Origin: Catajapyx aquilonaris
Taxonomy: Eukaryota
Direction of reading: 5' to 3'
Assembly: GCA_000934665.2 (NCBI GenBank)
Contig: KZ538403.1
Coordinates: forward strand, 54,396 to 74,395
Length of the DNA: 20,000 nucleotides
The notes under the pieces: model-generated
Seen by the model: the letters and a program-made list of their open reading frames with translations, nothing else
Databases searched by the model: none
What the model was told of the DNA's origin: nothing
In this document: one piece after another, positions 1 to 9,705 of the stretch
Layout: every line of letters begins with the position of its first letter
Numbering within the stretch: position 1 is the first letter of the stretch
Position numbers and translations under genes: made by a program

Positions 1-350
1 CTGAGGGGGGAAATGTTCATTAATCATGCACCAGAGAGGATTCGCAGCGCGGCTGGGCCTCATAAAAGACAAATCCACATATATACATACGCCCACATAC
101 AAGAACACAGTCTCTTTTTTTAACAGCCCAACACGGGCCCCGCTTTATTATTATATGCTTAAAAAGTGCTCGAGCTCGGAATAAAACAGTGGGATCCGAT
201 TGTGTCACACTTTGATACCAAGCCAAATCAGCAGCCATGTCACCCTTCGTCTGGAATACACTTTATGCTGAATTCAGCATGAATTGCGATAAATGGTCAG
301 TCGCATAGTTGGCAGGGGCAACCAGTACAAATTCGGACGCAAATGACAAA

Positions 351-364
351 TGACAGTGATTAAT
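351..364 (+). promoter_or_regulatory. Meis + Pbx-Hox composite motif
   Basis: TGACAG (351-356) directly abuts TGATTAAT (357-364), with further TAAT/ATTA cores next to it. Confidence 0.3.
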
Positions 365-3181
365 TACAATTAAGCGTAAAATCTTGCGACACATAGTTGG
401 GGTGTAGGTCCGGGGGTGAGAACCTGTATATCTGTACCATTTTTTTCAGGTCGGCTTCACATTCCGCATCCCAATGTTGCTGCCAAAGAGGGGACCCCAG
501 ACGTGACCAGAAATGGTTGGCCTCACCTGCACCCGTTTGACATAATAATCGCCCTTGAACTAGGGTCCTGTCAAAATATTGTCCGAGTTATAGTCACGGG
601 CTGCGGGGCCATTCATAGAAATTCTCAATAGCAACTAGTATTACAGACGTCTTACAACGTCAATACTTGTTCATGCCCAATTTATTATTTATTCCGAGCC
701 TATCCATGCTTGATACCGGGTGAACATGTGGGTGAGCACGATAATAAGTGCATAACCAAACGTATGTCGACACCAGTTTGCGCAAGCATATATTATTATG
801 TACAGCGCACAATGTATCGAAAGACATACAGATTAAATTCTACTGATAACCGGGTTAGTAAAAAAAATTAACAGTTACATTTCCATATAAGCGTGCGGTA
901 CATGCCCGTGACCTGTATAGTAAGACATCACCTTGCCTGAGGGGCCGATACACATGGAGGAATCTTGTACATCGAGGCAATAAAACTGCTTACAACTGAT
1001 GTACGGGCAAAGAAGCAGGAAAAGTAGCGGAATTCTTTCGGAAACGGCAAGTTGCCCACGCCCTCAATAACTTTGGAGTGAGAACCGAAATTCGGAACAT
1101 TTTCCATGCCAGCAATATCCGGTCACACGGATTAACATCAATTAATTTGTACAATTGATTATCCAAAATACAGACCTATCAACACCGCAATTATTTTAGG
1201 CTCCCAATTTATAGTGTTGAAAAATCTGGCCCCATACTGGACCCATAAATGTGTTGGTAAGCCAACATTCTTGCTAGCTCCATATATGCAGGCTGCACCA
1301 CTTGGAGAACTGGAGTGCATCCCATCCGTCATTAAGGATATCCTGCTGTCGCCGTCACCTGTCTAGTTCCAAAACCCTCCCCTTTTCCTAGTCCCTTGCA
1401 ACCCCCGACGGCTTGTCACATGGAAGATGTCGCTAAAATTTTATGGTTCGAACCGCATGACAACTGAGGTTCGTTCGAGGTCCAACACCAGCAGGAGGGA
1501 GGATTCACTTTGGAAATGCCTCTGTCGCATTATATTGCTAATTATGGGATGGGATTAACATACAGATGAAGACTTGGCTTGCGAAATGATAACAGTCGCA
1601 TTGAATATATTTTTGGACGTTAAATGTTTGAATTGAATATTATTTGTGGTTATATTGCACAATGACTGAATTATTGGGTTGTGAATTATTTTTAAGGATT
1701 TCTAATAAATATTTTTATATTGTAAAATGGACATGTTATACCATTTCTAAATGTGATTTCAAATGACCAGTTGCGCAAGTCAAAGGTCGCCGATCGGAAA
1801 AGCATCTAGATTCCATAACTCAAAAGGGGTCGACGTGCCCAGCAACGTGCGGGAATGACCACGATGACTCTATTTTTTTCTTCTTCTTATAATCCGTGCG
1901 TTAACCTACTGATAACGACTCCGTTTTAAAACTTTGTAAATAATTCTACTGTGAAGAGGGTGTCCCAAAAGTACGCCCCGTCTGTAAAAGTTCGACAGGC
2001 GGATCCCCCCTTCTTCTTCTTTACACCTCAAGCTTTAGGGCACGGTCTGGAACGAATGTTTTACGCAAGGCTGATAATTACAGTAGGGAGGGGTTAGGAA
2101 ATGTGACATACTCGCCACTTTTTTCTCAAGTAAAAAAAAAATCGTGGGAAAAAACCCGACCTGCAGATGGAACTCGACTCATTCCTTCACACTACCATAA
2201 GTGTAATGTTTCCTCCACAGTCACATCCTCCACACCCAGCAACATCGGGGTGTAAAAAAATAGAAGGAAAAATTCCGCAATTGTCCTCTTGTCACACGAG
2301 CCCATATTTCAAACCGGCTCCATCGTCTGCCACTTACACGTTTCGTTCCTGAAGAAAAATATGGAAGGATGAAGGGCCCTTTCGAAAGATGGCGGGTTGT
2401 ACCGGCAGGATCGTTATCGTGTTGCAGTTCTGGAGGAGTTGATGAAGTACCCGGTGTGTCCTATGTGAAAGCAGCAACGATGCTTCCTGCTGAGGTTCCC
2501 CACGATCTTAGTCACGGTTACCCGGCACCTTTACCACATTCTCAATCACAGTCTGACTTACAATTGCACTAATTAATCGGGCATCTCACCGTCAAGTGTC
2601 TTCCACTAACTGTTGTCATTACGTAACTCACACGGCCTTTTGAATATCAGCTGGGTTTTCTTTTGCTATTTTGTTCCTCAGAGGTTATCGCAAAGGGATG
2701 CTCGAGTTGCATCCGAAGGTCTTGAAAAATGTATGAAAGTGTTACAAATACTGGGTTTAGATGCCTGGCAGTAGTGACCCTTTCTTATCAAGGGGGCTTG
2801 ATTAAAATGTTTCATTCTGGAGCTATAGCCCCCCAGGGCATGTCAACACATTTTGTCTATAAACGCGCCTTATTTATTTTTCTAAAAAAGTGACGATTAA
2901 TCCGCAGGGTTATAGGAGGGGTGCATATATGTCAGGTAAAAAGTCCATCAGTAGTCCTTGAAGACTGACCGAAATGTTACGGGAGCGGACACGTGTGCTT
3001 ATTTGGAAACCCCCTGTGGTTTTTTCCACCTGTGATTTGGGAAGGTCTAGTGGAGGAATCAAGGGGGGGTCATCACGAGGGCGGGGAAGGCCAATGTCAT
3101 GGTGGTCGACCAGAGGCACATGAGATGACATTTGAATAGGAAGGAGCGGGGGCGTATGTGGCCAAAGGGATATATTCTTAC

Positions 3182-3242
3182 CTTTTCGAGAAGTGACCCA
3201 GGTTTTTCTCAGGTCACCAGTCTCTCACGCCTGGGAAGCCTC
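3182..3242 (-). other. Candidate 61-nt non-coding or poison exon
   Basis: Minus strand: acceptor GATTTTCTCATTTCTTCCAG|GAGG and donor GAAAAG|GTAAGA. TGA stops occur in all three frames. Confidence 0.35.
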
Positions 3243-5238
3243 CTGGAAGAAATGAGAAAATCGCATTCAATCACAATGCAACTGACCATTATCAGCAAAT
3301 GCAGCTATAAAAACTATGCGCCCGAGCAATCTAACACCCAAGCCGCAATCACAACACCCCAAAGGTGAGGGTAAAAAATATGAATGAAAAAACATCACAT
3401 CCTTCCAGGCATGTTTGGTTGCAAGGGAAAAAAGAGACGCCATGAAATGTGTGGGAGGCGAAAAATCATCCCACGAATTACGTTTCATTCTCTACAATAA
3501 AAGAAACAGCATGGGGGCGGAACCCTGTAGGTTGCGTGCTAATGACCACCTCTGATGAGTATCTTTTTCACTGAAATTTACAAGCGTGTGTGTACTTTTT
3601 ATACTCTCCCCACCCCTTCCTCCCCGTTAGAAGCCATTCCATTTCCCTTCCGATCCAATCCGGACTCGTGGCCAACCGAGAATGAAATGCTATGGGTCCG
3701 AATGGGTGATCTATCTATCTTCGAAAGTAATCGGGACCTCCCCCTGATGCTAATTATTGCAGAGAGACCCCTCCCCCATACCATGCCAAAAAAATTAAAT
3801 TAGAAAAAAAACAATCATGCAAAGTAGGGGGTCCTCGACTCATTTGCAACAATGGCCAGGACGTCATGGTACACCGAGTTTCTTAAGGTATCCTGTGCGA
3901 TATCGCAAATTGTGACCTGAATTTCATATTACTTTAATCACAAGAAATTTCAAAGTCCAGGCCATCGAATCCAGATTTATCCCAATTCGGTTCTATCTAA
4001 TCGTTCATATGCCTGATTTTTACTGCGAATATTTTGATCCTTGACCGTCGCGGTCATTTCACTCAAACCCTATACATTTTTTTTATTTGTATATAAATCC
4101 CACCCCTCATATCCCGAATTTACGACTACTAAGTAACAATAGGCGATAAGTCTCTCCCTCACACTTCCTCGCTCTGTTAACATCTCCTCGCTTCAGCTTT
4201 CACCCTATTTCAATTAACCACGGAGCACATCAAAAGGTGAGATAATTTCCGCAATAAATTACACACTGTGTATCTTCTCCAGACCGGAGATTTTACCAGA
4301 CCTCCCCGAGTTTTTTATGTTGTTGTTTGCACTTGCTGGTACGAATGCCTGCTATTCGTCAGACTTCAGGAGGCTGTGGCGCTTGTTTTACATCTGATAC
4401 ACTCCTTTAGAAGAGAAAAAAAAAATTCAAAGGGGCGGATACTTCCTGTCTCCCTGTGGGTGTTCTACTGTTCCATCACCATTCCCTGCACTTCCTTTCA
4501 CTCAAGGTAATTTTGCAAATTGTGCCTCCTGCGCCTTATTTCTTTTCCTGGATGTGTCTCCACCCTGTTTTTACCAAGGAAAAAAAAACCGGTCCTGAAA
4601 TAACACTGGTAGGATAGTAAGGGCGAATGAAAAATCATCCAAACCACTCGATATTTCCATTATCTGCTATGAACAGATGTTTGTGGCAGGTTTGAGGACT
4701 ATCGTGCTGGCGAGGCCAACACTTGTAATCATACCGAACAAGGAAACATCCACATCACCTAGATTCGAAAGCTTAACTTCGAGGCATAATTGGGGGATCT
4801 GCCATGCACTTCCTTCTTTCCCACCTTCTCTTGAAGCCATATTATGCAAGAGAAGGAAAAGAAGACCGGGGACGTAAAGAAGTTTTTGAGAAGAGTGGCC
4901 TCACTTAAATTGAGCCTAATCGTTTGTATGCTCTTCTTGTGTAAAAGGATGAGGAAAGGGCAGGAGGGTTTTTTATGTGAATCACGTTTCACGGTCCTGT
5001 GATGTGCAGCGTGATAGTTTAGTCTGTCGCTGAAGCGTTTACCGGTTGGCAAAAATACACTGGCCTTTACCTATTTGTTTTGAGCGGGTTTGCGCAACAA
5101 TGGACTTCAGTGTCTCATCGTGACTGATTACATGAGTTGTTTTCTTATCAAGAAAATAATAATAATAGTGTGTTATATTATCATTAAGAAGGACATCAAT
5201 AATTATTGCAACGAGTTAATAAATTCCAATTAGCAATG

Positions 5239-5270
5239 GGGTCATGCAGGGTCATCTGGTCAGCTGACCC
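5239..5270. promoter_or_regulatory. Clustered nuclear-receptor half-sites (DR4 + DR2 + IR2 geometry)
   Basis: GGGTCA-tgca-GGGTCA-tc-TGGTCA-gc-TGACCC at 5239-5270. Confidence 0.4.
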
Positions 5271-6375
5271 GTCAATTCTGGCCAAAATCGACAGGGTCGT
5301 GTGACTGACTAGAGTCGAAGGGATTTTAAAAAGCAAACAGAGTTCCCCCGTTCAGGCATATACGTGCTGTTGTGAAGGGTTGGGATTTCACGAGCACGCC
5401 CGTGATGAAAATCCAAGCAATGCGAATTATCGGATTATTCTAATTATTCGGTGCGTCATGTTGCACGCATCTCAGGGATTAAAGTTCATCTAAGTTGCTT
5501 CATTAACAGACTAAACAGGACGAGACGCTAATGGCATTATGCAAACATAATTTACCACTCCCCCGTATATAGTATGTGTGTACATATATACAAACTAGGG
5601 GAGGTTTTTTTTAGAGCGCGAAAATTTTCATGCATCGCGTCACATAAATTTGTCCACTCTCCCACTGGCCATCACTTTTATTTAAAATGCTAAAACGCCC
5701 TAGCGAGGACAATTTGTTGGTGAGGTAACTGGAGAGGAGTGTCGCTTTGATTGGGCGAGGTCTAGCTTTAAGTCTTCCCACGGAAAAACCTGTAATCCTT
5801 CGAATTATAGGGCCCCCAAAGGGGGAGTTTGAAGTGATGTGATGGGGCGAGCAAGTAAGAAGAAGAAAAAAAAAGTTGCTCTATTTGCCAAATGTTTTCT
5901 CAAGGATTCGCATTCTCACAGGAGAAAAAGCAACGGGAGTCCATGAAAATTCCGATCATCCTCACCTTTCCGGGTATGCTTAATCAAGCAGGTCACGCGT
6001 ATTCTGCACACAAAAAATTCCCTAATTAATTAGCGACCAATCTGTCAATCCGATCTTGGTTCTAAAAAGAAGTTTAGGAGACCACACAAAGTGGCATCTA
6101 CATCAGCCAAAAGATGTTGTCAGACCGTCATTATCGGAGGTCCCCAACTGCTGCTTCCTGAATCTCTTATCCCCCTCAAGGCTCCTCCCCTTCTGCTTTA
6201 GGGAGAGGATAAGCATGATTTTTCCAGGTCTCTAGGAGTCTGACACTATCCGGAGGCCCCAACTGGCACGCTCTCTTCCCTTCTCACTTGCATAACTGGT
6301 TGAGCACTTAGTTTATTTTCCTCCCCGAAAATCCGCTCCTAAAGTGGGCTTTGTCGCCTGAGAAAATTCACTCAC

Positions 6376-6448
6376 CGCGCCGACTCCGAGGAAACATGCG
6401 GTCTGATACCCGGTTCCCAGGACAGCACGTGTAGAAAGCAGGGATTGC
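6376..6448 (-). other. Candidate 73-nt internal exon
   Basis: Minus strand: acceptor GTCCTTCCCTTTTTAG|GCAATC and donor GGCGCG|GTGAGT. Open in all three frames. Contains ATG TTT CCT CGG AGT CGG CGC G (MFPRSRR). Confidence 0.35.
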
Positions 6449-7149
6449 CTAAAAAGGGAAGGACTTAAAGGGACGACCACCAAGACGTATATCACGCAAC
6501 TGCTAACCTTTTCCTAAATGTACACAGATTTTCACCGTTACTAAAAGGTGAGGCGTAAAAAGGTGCTGATATTGTCGCAACACTTTTAAATTCCCCTGAA
6601 ATCATTTTTAGCTACCGCGACCGTTTTTTTCACTATCAAATCACCATATTAGATCATAATTACATTGTGAAAATGATACTTGCGTTTCCGTTTCGCGGTA
6701 AAAAAAAATTTCGCGAGCTTTCTCCCACCAGTCAACACCGCTCATTTTCAATTTATCGTCCCCTAGATTACTTCATTCCGGCAAATAAGCCGCCCGGTTC
6801 CTTTTGCGTGGAAAACCGCGGGTGAAGAGAAGCAGACAATTAGCGAGAGAATTCCTCAGCTCCACGCTTGAATAAGAGACAAACCCTCATCGCGCTTCAT
6901 TTGCGTGACTCCTCTTCAAAAAAAGAAGAAAAAAAAAGCGTGCATTCGCCAACTGTCGCGAAGGCCCATTTCGCAAACGAACAAAACTTACACATTTTTT
7001 AAGCCTTAAAAAACTTGCCTGCTTTTCATGTTCCACACATTTCCGCTCGCATGTTCAGCCCAATTTCACATTCTTTTTTTGTCCTTCGATTTTAACCTCT
7101 CGAGGAAGACACACTTGTGGATATGATGATGGTAATCGACTCGATCTGC

Positions 7150-7171
7150 TTTTTTTTTTTTTTTTTTTTTT
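7150..7171. repeat. T22 homopolymer
   Basis: 22 consecutive T, the longest homopolymer in the window. Confidence 0.9.
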
Positions 7172-8012
7172 GCAATGCTGGCGCGGCATTTTTTGGAATA
7201 AAAAGTCGCGTGGCAAACGACACGCCATTGCAATTCGGGAAACAATTTTGGAAACACCGTACCCGTCATTAGAATAAACGCGAACTAGGTCTGTTACACT
7301 GCAGAAAACTGTTGGCAGCTCTTTTTTTTATATACATACAGGCCAGGGACCCAACATTTTGCAATTATGTTCATTAAACTTTATGCCGACCCAACACTAT
7401 TATAGAGAGTGATCAAAAATGGAGGGGGCCGATTAATTTAGGGCCAGACTGGATATTACTGCAAATGAATCCCCGTTACCGACCTGGAAAAACATCAATA
7501 TTCTCAATCTCCGCCTATACCTCAAATTTAATGCTGTCCACTGGCTATTCCACCCGCATTTGCGGGGTGATTTATCAAGCTTTCATTCAGCGTTTTAAAA
7601 AATCACTTCATTATTTTTAGCCCATAAGCGGGACACCCACTGCGTTTTAATTTCCTGTTTGCGAAAATCACATGAATACGGAAGCGATCTGCGCAGTAGG
7701 AGAGGCTGTTTGAAGCGGCTGACCTCACTTTCATGCTGTCACCCTTCCGCTGACCAGTCCCCCCCCCCCCGAAAAAAATAGACCAGACACTGAAATAGTG
7801 CTAGACATAATTATTTTGCTCCATCCTGCTCCGATAAGTCAGTAATTGGCATGTTGTCTGCTCCAGCAACTTGTTTTCATAGCAGGAGAGGTTATTAACA
7901 CTTGAATCATGTTTATCTATCTGGTTGGGAAAAAAATAAGACTGTAAATCGCGGATCAGCTGCTGAAAAATATTTGCAATCATGTACAGGTCATATGCCA
8001 TATTGTCACAGG

Positions 8013-8262
8013 TGACGTCAACAAAGTGCCGCATTTCCTCTCATAAATGCGACATTCCGATTGGAAATTTGCACTAATTCCTACTCATTAACGCGCAATA
8101 ATAATTATCAAGCGCATCGCAAAAAACTCGGATTGTTACCAAAAAAAACAAAATGATTTTGTCATGACGGACTAAAGGGCGGAGTGGCCATCCTAACCAC
8201 AGGAAGATGGCGATTTCATAGCAACGACCATAGTAATCTGGGGTTGGTGGCCACACCGGAAG
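8013..8262. promoter_or_regulatory. Internal promoter-like or enhancer motif cluster (CRE, CCAAT, GC box, YY1, ETS)
   Basis: TGACGTCA 8013-8020, GATTGG 8059-8064, GGGCGGAG 8177-8184, AAGATGGCG 8204-8212, CCGGAAG 8256-8262. Confidence 0.4.
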
Positions 8263-9674
8263 GGCAGGTGATTACATTTGGCGAGCAGTTAACCCCCTAA
8301 CGAATCCCTCATTTGGGGCTGACCGCAAAATGCCTGGGCAGGGCCAACATTTTCTCCTGGGGGTCTGGATCCCAAAATCCAAACTGACCTCCGAAAACTA
8401 TACTCTGCAAAAAAAAAAAAAATAGTAAGAAACCAGGTAAGCCGAAATGATATATTTAAAAAAATTCTTCAGGCGGATCCAACTGGAAACTGATGTCATA
8501 GAGTTTGTAAAAAAAAATTAATTTAGATCCGCGTTCCGCCATGTTGTTCAAAAAATTAGTGTAAAACACGAGAAGGTGTCGGTTCTCACCTAGTTTTTGA
8601 TAGCAGACGGCGCCAAACCTGACATGCTAAATGCTACAAAATAAGGTTCCGCCAGCTTTTTCCCCAAAAAAATTTGTACAAAATTCTTCAAAATGCATTA
8701 ACAGATTACCACCAATTTGACTGCTTCGTTTCACCTTGCTGGTTTCTACGGACGTGCCTCAAGTTTTATCCTCCTCTGATTCCTGGAAAGGTGGTAATGG
8801 CATTTTGTGAAGTCAAGAAAATGAGTTCACACCTTAAGAGCGTTCAAAATCCGGCTTATCACGGTTCGATTAACCGCCAATAACTTACGGGTGAAAAAAA
8901 TATTCGGTCTTTCCCTCCTAGATCATGACACGACTTCCCGTTCTAATTATCCTCGCACAATAGATCCCACTTCCAGCACCGTTTGTGCATGATGTTCGTA
9001 TTAGAAGCGAGCATTGCAAAATCAGGCTCCGATTGTTTTCTAATTCGGAGTTCAATGAATCAGGTAATGGCCACGTGGCCACGTACGAGTAGTTCCGCAT
9101 TTTTTTAAAAAAAATGATGACACTTTAAAGTGAGGTGTCACCTACACAATTTTACTAAAAGGAAAGCTGGTGGGATTCTCCAGGTATAAACGTCACTGCG
9201 ATATTTACCATGCTGACGAATTTTTATAAACCGGTCTTTTTTAATAGTAAAGAAAAAGCGGCAGTTTTGCCGAATTGCACTGTGTAAAATGTAAGATTCC
9301 ACATGAACCTATTAAACACACTACTTCCTCCAGAAACAACTTGGCAAGAGTGTTAAGCAAAGTGAAAGGCTATTAAGCAGATAATTCGCTCGTGCGGTTC
9401 CACAAAAAAAAAAGAGAAGCAGGTAAGGTACAGGGGCTCCGCACCCAGTAATAACACGGATAGTTGGCCTTGCGAACGATAGCATAAGTTGTAAAAATAC
9501 ATCCAGGAATGCTCCCTGGGTTGCCTACCAGCAAGGATAAAACACTTTTTCATTGTGCGCAATACTTATTTTTTTCAAGTCAAAACCTGCAGAAAACGGG
9601 TCCGGCAGATGGCTGGTGCGCTGAAAAGTTGGGACATTTTTACAAGTGTTGAACCCCGGCCAATAGGGCGTCGC

Positions 9675-9705
9675 AAAAAAAAATAAAAAATAAAAAAATA
9701 AAAAA
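9675..9705 (+). repeat. A-rich (AnT) simple repeat
   Basis: aaaaaaaaataaaaaataaaaaaataaaaaa. Confidence 0.8.

Noticed and set aside
327..337. ACAAATTCGGA, the reverse complement of the miR-10 3' half
   Set aside because: Only 11 nt, with no seed and no hairpin.
1445..1454. GGTTCGAACC, like a tRNA B-box or T-loop
   Set aside because: No T-stem pairing, A-box or cloverleaf.
2338..2348. 11-nt minus-strand microexon (TTCTTCAG|GAACGAAACGT|GTAAGT)
   Set aside because: Frame-shifting length, weak exonic donor context, and indistinguishable from chance without reads.
2424..2446. Partial similarity of the minus strand (TCAACTCCTCCA..ACTGC) to miR-1175 as I recall it
   Set aside because: The seed region does not match and there is no complementary star arm.
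3553..3576. Hammerhead-like CTGATGAG ... GAAA (also CTGATGAG on minus at ~9765-9772)
   Set aside because: Stem II does not pair and stems I and III are missing.
7150..7300. T22 as the poly(A) tail of a minus-strand retroposon
   Set aside because: No target-site duplication, Pol III boxes or RT remnant visible.
9114..9216. Possible C/D snoRNA (ATGATGA ... CTGA) on plus
   Set aside because: No proper terminal stem, no guide sequence I can match to rRNA or snRNA, and it lies opposite the inferred host strand.
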